Shown: positions 1 through 11,000 of the stretch, one piece after another
How positions within the stretch are numbered: the stretch's first letter is position 1
Layout of the letters: every line of letters begins with the position of its first letter
DNA from: a virus
Lineage: Duplodnaviria > Caudoviricetes
Direction: 5' to 3' (one strand)
DNA: 64,000 nt
Virus record (IMG/VR): IMGVR_UViG_3300009873_000003
Coordinates: 32,001-96,000 of that record
The notes under the pieces: model-generated
Database searches by the model: none
Seen by the model: only the letters and a program-made list of their open reading frames with translations
Told to the model about the DNA's origin: nothing
Program-made: the position numbers and the translations under genes

Positions 1-1
1 G

Positions 2-3000
2 CAATATGATGGTACGAATTGGGTTTACCAGTTCCATAGTTTTGATGGCACGAGTAATAAACACACCCATTCTGACCAAGTGTCTGATGACATCATCTAC
101 ACTGCTTTACCTGCAACTCCGCAAAGTCCACCAGTTTCGCCAATTGCTAATGACACATTAGTCGAACACTTCAGCAATGGTGACATTTATTGGACGTATA
201 ATGGTACGGTTTGGGTGCAAGACTGGGTTGATTCTGACTGCTGCACACTGCTACGTGACGAAGGTGTGACCACCATCGACCCACTCAACCTACCAACAGC
301 ACCACTTAATCCACCCGCAGCCTCTGCACCAGGCAATGTGTTAGTCGAGCGCTACAACAATGGCACAGTGTTTTGGGAATTCGATGGTACGAACTGGACA
401 TACCAATTCCATACACTTGATAGCTCTGGCGGCAACCTGCACACACATAGTAATCAGATTGCGACGTTCATCAACTACACAGCGCTACCAACAACACCAA
501 TTGTCTCACCAACTGCACCTTTAACTGGTGACACGCTGGTTGAACACTATGGCAATGGTGACATTTATTGGACTTATGATGGCGCAAACTGGGTGCAAGA
601 CTGGGTTGACTCTGACTGTTGCACGTCAGTTACAGATGAGACAGGCACTAGCTTTGACCCACTCGCCTTACCTGGCACACCAGCTAACCCACCCGCTAAC
701 CCTTCACCTGGCAATATTCTAATCGAACACTTTGACAATGGTGAAATTTACTGGGAATTCGATGGTACAACGTGGAATCCAGTTTTCACGAAGCCTGACC
801 AGTTAGAAATCTATAGCACACACTATGATGCTTCAGGAAATTTAATCACTGTCGGAGCGCCACCTGCTGCACCACAATCGCCACCGACAGGTGTGAATGC
901 TGGACACACGCTGCACGAACTCTACGACAATGGACAAATCTTCTGGACATATGATGGAACGAATTGGGTTCTTGACTATGTCATCATCAATAAAAATAGC
1001 ACCTACGAATATACAGCGACAGGCAACTACGACTGCGCTAACCCGCCAACTGTTCCTCAAACCTCGCCAGCAACAGTAATTGAAGGTGATAGGATTGTTG
1101 AGCATTACAACAATAGCACAAGACAATCGGCTGTAGTCATCACCTGGGAATATGATGGCGTGACGTGGAATATTGTGGCACGTGAAAACCACAACATGCA
1201 CTTTCAAGTCGAAGATAAGACTGAAGAAATTGTACCACTGAATGTTGCGAATGGCACTGGTTATCTCACACCACTCACGCCTGGTGCAACGACGGACTAT
1301 ATTAATGGCGACACGCTTTACGAACAGTATGGCAACGGACGCATTCTATGGACATATGAGACTTGCGCTTGGGTTAGGAAGACGATTGTTCTCGACTGCT
1401 GTTGCTTTGAAGCCTACGTCACACCAATCATCACCGTGACTGCGCAAGATATTTGTGTTGGCACAAATGTGACCTTCACAGATGACTCGATTCACCATTC
1501 TGACCTTGATACAGTTTGTGAATATCAAAGTACAGCGTGGGATTTTGGTGACGGCACGACAGGTACAGGACAAGTTATCAACCATTCCTTCTCCGACCCT
1601 GGACTTTATTTTGTCGAGATGACATCAACATGCACAAGTGGTGCTAGCGCAACCCAAACCATCGCCGTGAAAGTCAGCGAAATTGAAACAGACATCGTTG
1701 TACCAACGACCGGTATCGTTGCGGAACCTGTCACAATTCAGAGTGGTGCGAATGTTTCTGGTTGCGACCCGACCTACCTCTGGACGTTTGGCGATGGTTC
1801 AAGTTCAAGTCTACGCAATCCTGGCGCTCACACGTATGCAGCAGCAGGAACCTACACTGTTGCATTAACGGTCAGTTGCGCTAATGGGTGCACGGATTCA
1901 ATCTCTTACACAATCACTGTTTCAGAAGCTGACGCTGTGATTGCGGTCTTCTCCGTTTCAGATTCGAGCATTTGTCTCATCACAGGAGATACAGCAACGT
2001 TTGTCAATTCATCAAGCTCGACAATTTGCACAATCGACACTTGGTTGTGGGAGGTTAGTGTCAATGGCGGTGCGTTCACAACGCTTTCTACTGCTCTGAC
2101 ACCACCCGTCTACGCACCAACAGCAACTGGGACACATGTGGTCAGATTGACAGCAACGTGTTCGGCAACTGGTGAAACTGGAACAACAACGAGAACGTTG
2201 GTCGTCGAAGACCCAAATCCGGCTATCGGTTTGTCGTCTGCAACCATCACAACGAATCAGCCAGTGACTGTCACTGACACAACGACAGGTTGCACTGTTG
2301 CTTCGAGACTGTTTGAAGTTAGTGTGAATGGTGGTGCGTTCAGCAACATTAGCACAGAGCAGCTCTTCACCTACACGCCAACTGTTGATGGCACGCATGA
2401 TTTCAGACTGACTGTCACGTGCGCTAACGGCTGTTCGACAGTTGCGACTAGAACTTTAACTGCTTCATCCACAGCGTTCGTTGCTGCCGAATTCACCATC
2501 GTTGACAACACATTGAGTCTAAATCTTGGTAATTCGACAGCACTTAACGATGCGACAACGTCGAGCTGTGTGGTTGACGACTGGCTGTGGGAGGCGAGTG
2601 ATAATGGCGGTGCCTTTGTCACAATCGGCACGACACAAAACATTCCAGCCTTCACCCCAGCGACTTCAGGTACGCATACGATTCGCTTAACTTCGACCTG
2701 CACAGGTGCTGGCATTAGTGATAGCGTCACACACAACATCGTTGTCACAGCCTTGGTCGCTGCAATGACAGTTAGTAGCACAGCGGTGTCTGCTGGTGAT
2801 GTCGTCACCTTGACTGACACTTCGACATCCGTCAACTGCACGCCTTCAACTAGACAATGGGAGGTGAGCTTCAATGGTGGCGCTTACACGGCGGTTGGCA
2901 CAGCCTCGCCACAAACGCACACCGCAACCACTGCTGGCACATACGACTATCGCTTGACTGTCACCTGTGCTGATGGCGTCACGATTGACACAGTGACCGA

Positions 3001-3754
3001 AACTGTCACAGCTACTGCTGCTTGCGCTGGCACAGAGACCTGTTACACTGTTTGCGCTCCATCTGCAACCTTCGCTGACTGGACCGATTCGACAGCCTGG
3101 GATGCAAGCAATGAAGACTTTGCAAATAGTGTCGTTAGAAATCAGGTCATCAGAGACGGTCTGCGAGTTTCCGCCCTGACTGACATCGCTGGCACTGGTA
3201 TTAACGGCACAATCACAGGCGATGGTGCGATTAAGACAACTAACGCTGGCGTGAATGAATCAGGTGGTTCACTAGTCTTGCGCATCACTGACAATGGCAC
3301 AAACGATAGACGTGCAATCGTTATGACCTTTGCTCAACCTGTGGATGTCACTTTCCAACTCGATGCCATGCGGTTGGGCCAGACTGCACAAATTACAGGC
3401 GATGGCAACTTCCACTACATTCCGTACTCGGATGGCACGCCACAAATTACGTCAGTGGTTGGTGATAATAGCGCTAATCTAACCGTCTCTACACCGAATG
3501 GTGACAGTACGAACAGAAGCGGCTTTGTTTGCGGTACGGCACTTACTCAGTTCAGACTTGAGTTTAGTTCGACAGGTAATGTTGGTAGTGTGGTCAACCT
3601 GTATTTCACAATGAGTGTGAAAGCGGCTGGCTCTGGCGCTACATACAAGGTCTGCGATGTTGGCGGCACATTGACAATTGTCAATCTCAACGACCCCAAC
3701 GATACACCGACAGCTATCGGTCTTGACTGGGAAGAGTTGGCGGCATGTCCGTAA
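2..3754 (+). CDS. Large repeat-rich virion/adhesin protein, 5'-truncated (GD[T/N]LVEHY-NG-I-W-YDG-NW repeats followed by multiple PKD/Ig-like domains)
   Basis: The frame is open from position 2 (QYDGTNWVYQFHSF...), so the gene starts before the window. It has several ~60-aa Pro-rich/WxYDG repeats, then PKD motifs (WDFGDG, WTFGDG, HTY..AGTYTV.LTV). Confidence 0.75.
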   Translation, partial: QYDGTNWVYQFHSFDGTSNKHTHSDQVSDDIIYTALPATPQSPPVSPIANDTLVEHFSNGDIYWTYNGTVWVQDWVDSDCCTLLRDEGVTTIDPLNLPTAPLNPPAASAPGNVLVERYNNGTVFWEFDGTNWTYQFHTLDSSGGNLHTHSNQIATFINYTALPTTPIVSPTAPLTGDTLVEHYGNGDIYWTYDGANWVQDWVDSDCCTSVTDETGTSFDPLALPGTPANPPANPSPGNILIEHFDNGEIYWEFDGTTWNPVFTKPDQLEIYSTHYDASGNLITVGAPPAAPQSPPTGVNAGHTLHELYDNGQIFWTYDGTNWVLDYVIINKNSTYEYTATGNYDCANPPTVPQTSPATVIEGDRIVEHYNNSTRQSAVVITWEYDGVTWNIVARENHNMHFQVEDKTEEIVPLNVANGTGYLTPLTPGATTDYINGDTLYEQYGNGRILWTYETCAWVRKTIVLDCCCFEAYVTPIITVTAQDICVGTNVTFTDDSIHHSDLDTVCEYQSTAWDFGDGTTGTGQVINHSFSDPGLYFVEMTSTCTSGASATQTIAVKVSEIETDIVVPTTGIVAEPVTIQSGANVSGCDPTYLWTFGDGSSSSLRNPGAHTYAAAGTYTVALTVSCANGCTDSISYTITVSEADAVIAVFSVSDSSICLITGDTATFVNSSSSTICTIDTWLWEVSVNGGAFTTLSTALTPPVYAPTATGTHVVRLTATCSATGETGTTTRTLVVEDPNPAIGLSSATITTNQPVTVTDTTTGCTVASRLFEVSVNGGAFSNISTEQLFTYTPTVDGTHDFRLTVTCANGCSTVATRTLTASSTAFVAAEFTIVDNTLSLNLGNSTALNDATTSSCVVDDWLWEASDNGGAFVTIGTTQNIPAFTPATSGTHTIRLTSTCTGAGISDSVTHNIVVTALVAAMTVSSTAVSAGDVVTLTDTSTSVNCTPSTRQWEVSFNGGAYTAVGTASPQTHTATTAGTYDYRLTVTCADGVTIDTVTETVTATAACAGTETCYTVCAPSATFADWTDSTAWDASNEDFANSVVRNQVIRDGLRVSALTDIAGTGINGTITGDGAIKTTNAGVNESGGSLVLRITDNGTNDRRAIVMTFAQPVDVTFQLDAMRLGQTAQITGDGNFHYIPYSDGTPQITSVVGDNSANLTVSTPNGDSTNRSGFVCGTALTQFRLEFSSTGNVGSVVNLYFTMSVKAAGSGATYKVCDVGGTLTIVNLNDPNDTPTAIGLDWEELAACP

Positions 3755-3806
3755 GATAAAACACTAGGGGGAGGGATTGGCCTTCCCCCTTAACTTAGAG
3801 GTGAGA

Positions 3807-6317
3807 ATGGCAACCTATTATATTAGTCCAACAGGAGCAAACGGTAATTCAGGGGCGACGCCATCGTTACCTAAAGCTGTCTCCTATCTCAATAGCCTTG
3901 TCGCTGGCGATACAGCAATTCTGCTGAACGGCAACTACAATCAACGTATCTCTGTCTCAGGCAGAAATGGCACTGCGTCAAACCGCATCACAATTAAGGG
4001 TGAATCACAAGCAGGCGTTGTCATTAACGGTGGCTGGACAGGAGCGTCACCGCCTTGTTCCTCTTCTGGCGTTGTCTTAATCGGCGAATATGATGCCATG
4101 CTTGATGTTGTTAATTGTGACTATCTCGATATTGAAGACATCACAATTAATGGTTCGACTGGTGAAGCAATGGGCATGACGCTCTGCAATCACTGTAATG
4201 TTAGAAGAATTAAAACGAACATTTCATGGGGTGCTGGCTGTATCACGCAAGGCTCAAGCAGTGGTGGAACAACGACAAATGTCAACTTCTATGATTGCGT
4301 CTTCAATCGTCCAACAGAGGCTTGGAAATGGCATAATCAGACAGTTTGTGGGCAAGTAGTTGACTTTATTCAATCCTGCTTTGGCTTCTTCTGGAACGCC
4401 AGTAACTGTCGTGCCGAACGCTGCATCGTGCAGGACGGTGGTGCAGAAAGTTTAGTCGCTGGTAGAAGTTCGAGTAACATCACTTTTTATAAGTGTATCA
4501 GCTACAATGGGCTACACAATGCTGCCTATCTTGCGACAACCAGAAATAGCAAATTCCAATATTGTCTCTTCTACAACACTGCTGCTCTTGTCGCTGCTGA
4601 AGGTCGGCAGAATGGCTTAGTGTTTAGAGATGAGGCTGGTGCTTTGAATGGTGGCGCAACGACAAGCCAAGACAACTTAGTCGAGTATTGTATCTTTGTC
4701 AATATGGACAATGGCATTACATGGGGTGGAAATGCGACAATGGTGCGGCACACAGTCAGAAATTGCACCTTCGTTAACTGTGAACGCCCAATCATTCTTA
4801 GAGCGGCAGCTACAGTGCATGGCTACACCTACGCTCCAGCGACAGGTTGCGTATTTGAGAACAACATTCTCTATAATAGCGCAGTCGCAGGCACGAACAC
4901 GATTGGGCAGACGGCAGGTATCACCTGGCGGAACAATTTAGTCTTTGGCTCAACTTTCCCAACAGCGGCGCAAGGCACTAACTATCTCACTAGTAATCCA
5001 AACCTCGCCAACCCTAACGTTACTGTAACCGCCCCGCTTGACCCAAACAACTACAAAATTGCAAGTGCCTCAAGCCCTGCGATTGGCTCTGGTTATAATA
5101 ATGCGACTGCAACTGACTTTTTCTTAGGCACATTTAGTCCACCGATTGACAGAGGTGCGCATCACTACAACGCATCACCAGGCACACCAGTTGACCCCGA
5201 CCCTGACCCAGTTGACCCTGGCACTTTGCCACCATTAACTTGTGCTGGCAATTTGCTCACGAACAATAGCTTCTCTAGCGGCTTGACTGGTTGGACGGTT
5301 GAAACAGATGGCGTGAGTGAAATTCAAGCCAGCACATTAAGAGTGACAGGCACGTCCGCCTATGCTGGAACAAAACAAGTCTATCAGGCGAACATTTCAC
5401 TAACGGCTGGGCAGCAGTATCGAGCTGTGTTCACGGCTAGGTCTTCAACAACGCCTGTGTCAATCATCTTTCAATCAATGTTGCACACTGCTCCTTTCAC
5501 GAACACTGGGTTGAACTATAGTGCTTCGTTAACCGGCACATATGTCCAGTATTCGACAACCTTCGTTGCCACAGCGACTAACACAAACAATCGCATCAGA
5601 ATCACGTGGACTGACGGTGAATTTTGGCTTGACGACTTGTGCATTGAACCCATCATCGTGCCTACAATCGACGCTAGCTTCACATTGTCAGAAACAACGC
5701 TGAATGAGGGTGACACGCTCACATTGACTGACACTTCGACTTCAACCAGTTCATTCACAGCAATTTCGATTAACTGGGGTGATGGGAATACGACCACAGC
5801 GATGGAGAGCGACGACACCTACGACCATGCTTATCCTACCGCTGGCACTTACACTGTCTCAATGACTGTCACTAGTGCTGCTGGCACGGACACCTACACC
5901 CAAACTATCACAGTCGTTGGTGACATCGCTGCGAGCTTCACGAAAGATGAAACAAATGTCCTGACCGGAGAAGTGATTAACTTCAATAACACTTCGGCAT
6001 CAAGCTCAGCTATCACGAGTTATCTCTGGAGTTTTGGTGATGAGTCTTATTCAACCAGTCAGAACCCAAAACATAGTTACTTTGAAGCTGGTACATACGA
6101 AGTAACCTTGACTGTCACTAGCGCTGATGGCACAGTGACAAGCGAAGCGCAAACAGTTGTTGTGCAAAACTTTGTCCCTGGCCCTAATGCGCTCTACGAA
6201 GTGTTAATCTGCGACCCAAGCCAAATGAAGATGATTCACCTCGTGCCAAGTTCCAATCCTGGCTATGTTTTGAAACAAGTTGGTACAAGCTATCAGTGGG
6301 CGTTTGACGAAACCTAA
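3807..6317 (+). CDS. Right-handed beta-helix (pectin-lyase-like) + CBM-like + PKD protein; putative tailspike/depolymerase
   Basis: ATG at 3807 follows GAGGTG. The sequence has the MATYYISPTG..GNSG..P start typical of beta-helix proteins, an NLLTNNSF...GW CBM4-like domain, and two PKD domains. Confidence 0.7.
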   Translation: MATYYISPTGANGNSGATPSLPKAVSYLNSLVAGDTAILLNGNYNQRISVSGRNGTASNRITIKGESQAGVVINGGWTGASPPCSSSGVVLIGEYDAMLDVVNCDYLDIEDITINGSTGEAMGMTLCNHCNVRRIKTNISWGAGCITQGSSSGGTTTNVNFYDCVFNRPTEAWKWHNQTVCGQVVDFIQSCFGFFWNASNCRAERCIVQDGGAESLVAGRSSSNITFYKCISYNGLHNAAYLATTRNSKFQYCLFYNTAALVAAEGRQNGLVFRDEAGALNGGATTSQDNLVEYCIFVNMDNGITWGGNATMVRHTVRNCTFVNCERPIILRAAATVHGYTYAPATGCVFENNILYNSAVAGTNTIGQTAGITWRNNLVFGSTFPTAAQGTNYLTSNPNLANPNVTVTAPLDPNNYKIASASSPAIGSGYNNATATDFFLGTFSPPIDRGAHHYNASPGTPVDPDPDPVDPGTLPPLTCAGNLLTNNSFSSGLTGWTVETDGVSEIQASTLRVTGTSAYAGTKQVYQANISLTAGQQYRAVFTARSSTTPVSIIFQSMLHTAPFTNTGLNYSASLTGTYVQYSTTFVATATNTNNRIRITWTDGEFWLDDLCIEPIIVPTIDASFTLSETTLNEGDTLTLTDTSTSTSSFTAISINWGDGNTTTAMESDDTYDHAYPTAGTYTVSMTVTSAAGTDTYTQTITVVGDIAASFTKDETNVLTGEVINFNNTSASSSAITSYLWSFGDESYSTSQNPKHSYFEAGTYEVTLTVTSADGTVTSEAQTVVVQNFVPGPNALYEVLICDPSQMKMIHLVPSSNPGYVLKQVGTSYQWAFDET

Positions 6318-6326
6318 CCAAATTAT

Positions 6327-6354
6327 GCACTTTGCGATTTGTTTCGCAAAGTGC
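6327..6354 (+). terminator. Intergenic hairpin GCACTTTGCGA-6-TCGCAAAGTGC
   Basis: Perfect 11-bp inverted repeat after the stop codon, with only a weak U-tract. Confidence 0.5.
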
Positions 6355-6394
6355 TAATTTAATAGCTAGCAGAAGTTTAATTTAGGAGATAATA

Positions 6395-7894
6395 ATGGCT
6401 CAACAATCAGTAGCACGGAACGACCTATCTCGTGCGTTTATTTTCAAAAATGGCATTGATGTTTGTGTGCCAACCTATCAGTATTTCCCCTGCCTTGGTG
6501 TGGATGCTCTGACGCAAGACTTCGGTGACATCACTCGTGTCGAATGTCCTGACCCCTACAACTACGGTCAGTTTATCGAGGTTGCTCAAGTTCCTGGCGA
6601 AGTGGGACGTATGACCACAACCTTGACCACAAGACTTAGCAGAACCGAACTTTCACTCTTCCGTAACTTCGCAGTGAAGGGCTGCGGTTTCGACTTGCAC
6701 TTGCACTTTGGTCTGTGTCAGAAACCCAACGACTTCAACGCTTTCGACAAAATGATGATTTTTGAAGACGTATTCGTCACATCCTACGGCACAGACGCCT
6801 TGACTGCTTTGCAATCTGCTGACCGTGAAACTATCATGGAAACGATTGACATTTCGATTGGCAACTATTATGAGATTGTTCCTTTGACTTTCTCGCAGCG
6901 TGACATTCCGCTTGTTGCTGGCCTGCTTCCTATCATCGATTCTGTCTATGCTGACAACTCTAGCTGTGGCGTAGATTGCGATAGTCCGAGCGATGGCTGC
7001 ACCGATTTGTTTGCAATCACTTCAGACGGTGTGCTGCTTTGGTCTAGAGACAATGGCAAGACGCATACGCTTGGCGCTCAAGACTGGGATACGACGGCTG
7101 GAACGAACATTGGCATCGGCTTTTTGAACAACTTCGTGTTCACCTACGTTAATGACGCTAACCTGAGTGTCGTGTTCGCAACGAAGGCGGACGCCTTAGC
7201 AGACATTGCCCCGACTGTTGTCTCTAACTTCGCCGGCAATCCTGACGCCTATGTTTATCGTGACCTTGGGATTGGGGCTGGCGTTGCGGTCGTGGTCGGC
7301 AACGATGGCTTCATCGCTTTGACTGACAACCCGACTCGTGGTTTTGACGAAGTCTATTCTGGCGTCTATTCAACTGAAAATCTGACTAAGATTCAATTCA
7401 GACCGAACAGTGACACAGCGTTGATTGTCGGTGAGAATGGCGCTGTTGTCAGTTTGATTGGCGGTGAGTTTGAAGGCATCTTGACTACTGGCAGTGTGAT
7501 TGCTGCACTTACCCTGACTGCTGCTCTGCCTGCAACTGACAAGAAATTCTTAGTTGGCGACACGCAAGGTAACATCTACTGTTCAACCACTCCTGAAGTT
7601 CCGTCAAGCTGGGCAATGATTCGGACGCCGATGTCAAACACAGGCGTTGCTGTCACTGACCTTGCCTATGTGACTAGCCACATCCTTGTCGCTTCGTTCG
7701 CTAATGGCGAAATTCTGATTAGCTATGATGGCGGTGGAACATGGAATCGTCATTTAACTGTCGCTGCGAAGTCTAATCACATCACAACTGCTGTGGCGAA
7801 TGACATTTTGGTCTGCTCCTACAATCCGAACCAAATCAATTTCTATGGTCAGAATGGCGCTGCTGGCTATATTCTGAACGGGTTTGCTAACTAA
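6395..7894 (+). CDS. Putative major tail (tube) protein fused to a BNR/beta-propeller domain
   Basis: Strong AGGAG RBS and followed by a strong hairpin. C-terminal S-D-G-T-W (BNR) motifs. The N-terminal ~170 aa is paralogous to 23089..24648. The tube assignment is inference. Confidence 0.5.
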   Translation: MAQQSVARNDLSRAFIFKNGIDVCVPTYQYFPCLGVDALTQDFGDITRVECPDPYNYGQFIEVAQVPGEVGRMTTTLTTRLSRTELSLFRNFAVKGCGFDLHLHFGLCQKPNDFNAFDKMMIFEDVFVTSYGTDALTALQSADRETIMETIDISIGNYYEIVPLTFSQRDIPLVAGLLPIIDSVYADNSSCGVDCDSPSDGCTDLFAITSDGVLLWSRDNGKTHTLGAQDWDTTAGTNIGIGFLNNFVFTYVNDANLSVVFATKADALADIAPTVVSNFAGNPDAYVYRDLGIGAGVAVVVGNDGFIALTDNPTRGFDEVYSGVYSTENLTKIQFRPNSDTALIVGENGAVVSLIGGEFEGILTTGSVIAALTLTAALPATDKKFLVGDTQGNIYCSTTPEVPSSWAMIRTPMSNTGVAVTDLAYVTSHILVASFANGEILISYDGGGTWNRHLTVAAKSNHITTAVANDILVCSYNPNQINFYGQNGAAGYILNGFAN

Positions 7895-7912
7895 AACCAA
7901 AACGCTCTAAAC

Positions 7913-7952
7913 ACAAGAGAGACTAGCTAATATTAGCCAGTCTCTCTTGTTT
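7913..7952 (+). terminator. Intrinsic terminator-like hairpin
   Basis: ACAAGAGAGACTAGCTAA/TTAGCCAGTCTCTCTTGT inverted repeat. Confidence 0.65.
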
Positions 7953-8034
7953 CATAGTCGCATATTTGACTCTAATCAGCCAAAATCAGATAATAAGTCA
8001 ATATGACTCATTTTGATGTTTAAGGGAATTAACC

Positions 8035-11000
8035 ATGCCTTTACTATGCCCTGATTGCAATAGCGACTGTGGACACATGATTAAGCCAGAGAGCTTAACG
8101 CCTGTCGCTATTCTATGCGATATGTCCACGCCTAAGAAAGATTACGAGCTATTGAACATTCTCTGTAATCCTGACAACGACCTTCCTGTTATTTCGGCTG
8201 TCGGCTTTAATCCTGCTGATGGCACGTTTGAGCTAAAATACTACAATCAGGACGGTACAGACTACACTGGCAATACTCCTGTATTGTGCACGAAAGACTT
8301 CTCCTACACGACACCATTAGTCTTCTGCCATAATGGTACAGATGTCACTAGAACTGATGTTTTCCAGAACGATTCTAACACGCCTCTTTTTAGCATTTGG
8401 CAGGATAAACTTGGTGCTGTTGTTGCTGCTCCACTTGCCGCTGACATTGTTGCTGGTTGGTGCACAGATGTTGACTACGAAACTTACGTTTTATGTGACG
8501 CTGGCAATAGTGCGAAACAATTTGTGCGTGTTGTCAAGTTCGACACAAACATTGTGCCAACCACTGTCGCTGACTACGAGCTAGACGGTCAGACAGTCTA
8601 CACCGCCGTTGGTCCTATCACAATGTGCAATCCAAAGGTTGTCGAAGATATTTGCATTTTTGAGATTGCGACCGATAACTTTGTAGAAGCAGCGCTGATT
8701 GACTATTCACAAAATCCACCGAAACTTTATGAGTTTGGAACGAATGTTGAAAGAATTCTACAACCTACAGAAAGACTTGGTCGATGTAATGCCATCGAAA
8801 TCTGTACAGAGACTGACGACCCTGAACTAAATGGCGAGTGTGGTCCTGGCGAAAATGTCAGTCTAACTCTTGTTGCTTCGCCAGACGCCGAAGTCTTGCA
8901 AGACACTTCGGCAGATACGTTGTGCGGTGGCTCTTGGTCGCACGCTCCAGAGACACCGAGCGCTCCATTTCCTATTAAAGAACCACTAACAGGAAACACG
9001 TTCAATGACGCTAACTGGGTTCTTAACGGCAGTGCGATGTTAACGGCAAACGGCATCATCGACGCCCCTGGCTCTGGTTGGTTACGTTTAACAAGTAATG
9101 CAAATGCTCAATTTGGCACAGCCATTCTCAACACAGCATTTCCGTCCACAGAAAGTGTCAACTTCGAGTTTGACTATGCTGTGTACGGCGGTTCAGGAGC
9201 AGATGGTATTTCAATTTTTTATCTTGACGGTGCGTTTCCGGTCACTGGCTCCGGCGCTAATGGTGGCGCTTTTGGGTATTCTTGGAACAACGCTTCCGGA
9301 CAAAATGGCATTCCGCATGGCATTGTTGGTATTGCTCTAGACGAATTTGGCACATTCGCTACAAACAACACTGTCGGTGTGGGTGGAAATAATGCAGGCG
9401 GCAACCGAGTTACAGTAAGAGGTGCTGGCAATGCTGGTACGCCAGGGAGTAACACTTACCCATTTATTTCTTCAGACGCAATGCCCCCTGGAAAGAGTTT
9501 GCTAAACCATCCACGTTCAGCGCCATTAAAGGTTCGTGGTTCCATTCTAAATGAAGGCGGTCAGTTACTTCTTTCTGTCCAAATTGACTTTCAAGATGGC
9601 GACGGGTTCGTCGCAGTTGTCAACCGAAGAAATATTACTGCCGGTATCGGTGGTGTCCTACCGCCAACGCTAAAAATCGGTTTTGGCGGCACGACAGGCG
9701 GTTTTAATAACTTCCACGAAATTAAAAACCTGACTGTCTCGACAGCGAGCAAACAATACTGGCGCTCATTCCCAATCACACACGACACTGTCCCTGCTTG
9801 CGCTACGGAAGTGAAGGTATGTGTTGATGTCGATATTACTATCACTGACGATACTCAATCTACCAGAGGTGGTGATAGTGAAGCTGAACACTGGCTCCGG
9901 ATTGTTGACATTGTCACGAACGAAACGCTTGACAATAAAATACTAGCTTCCGGTCCCATTAAAATCGATAAGAAATATACATTATCGGTTTGTACCGAAC
10001 CTATCGCCATCAACCGTATCCCTAATCTACGAGTCTATGTTGGCACGGAAAGTTACGATATTAATGGTTCATATGGTTCTCTTTGGGAAAATTTTAATGT
10101 CAAAGTTTTTGCAATAGGCTGCCCAAAAAAGCAACATATCACAACGCCGATTTCAGCGCCATGCCCACTCGAAGTCATTATTGTTGGTGGTTCTGTTGAT
10201 AGCACTGGCGGCGGCAATAGTACGACAGTCTATACCGCACCAGCAATCGATACTTCTCTCGTTTGTGCAGACGGTGCTCCAGCGTTGCGTTATGAAAGAC
10301 GAGATGCAGACGGTACATATACACTACAGTTCTATGGGCTTGACGGCAATCTGGTAACACCAACGACTTGGACTCCAGGCTCGTGCGATGCGATTCAACC
10401 CGACAGTGAGCTAGAAATTCTGTGCGACGACAATCGCTCATTCCTAAGACGTTATATTTCTGGTGAAACTGGCATTACAGTTGTCAACACCGATTTCGAT
10501 GGAACGACACTCTACACACCAGTTGGCACAGTTAGAAACTGCATTAGAAGTGGCATAGCAAACATTCTAGCCGATTGTTCAAATGTCTCCACACCTGTCG
10601 TTTCAATGGGACCGAACCTATTAGAAAACGGGGATTTCCAGAAATCGTCAGGGCTGGGTGCAACGTCTAACCCTGGCGCTGGTTGGACGACTGCCTACAC
10701 ACCTGCGAACAACATCTATGCGTCTGGCGTTCAAACCTATGCTTTCTTCAACACAAATGCCAGCGTTGTGACAAATGCTGCCGCTGCTGGCGTGTTGGCT
10801 CTGACTGGGCGTTCGATGGCTGTGAATGTTGGCCCAAATCTCGCAACGCCGATTATTTCTTGGGCGAACATCTATTTAGAGAATGGCTATCAGTATGCAC
10901 TCGAAGCCGATGTTGCCATGCTAGGCGGACCTTTCGGCGTGGATATTCGCATCAATGGTGCAGTAGTCGTAGCTATGACCGCACCACCAACACTTAACAC

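Noticed and set aside
7961-8005. Imperfect inverted repeat around a TTGACT-17-GATAAT promoter
   Set aside because: Single imperfect instance with no second copy found; too weak to call an operator.
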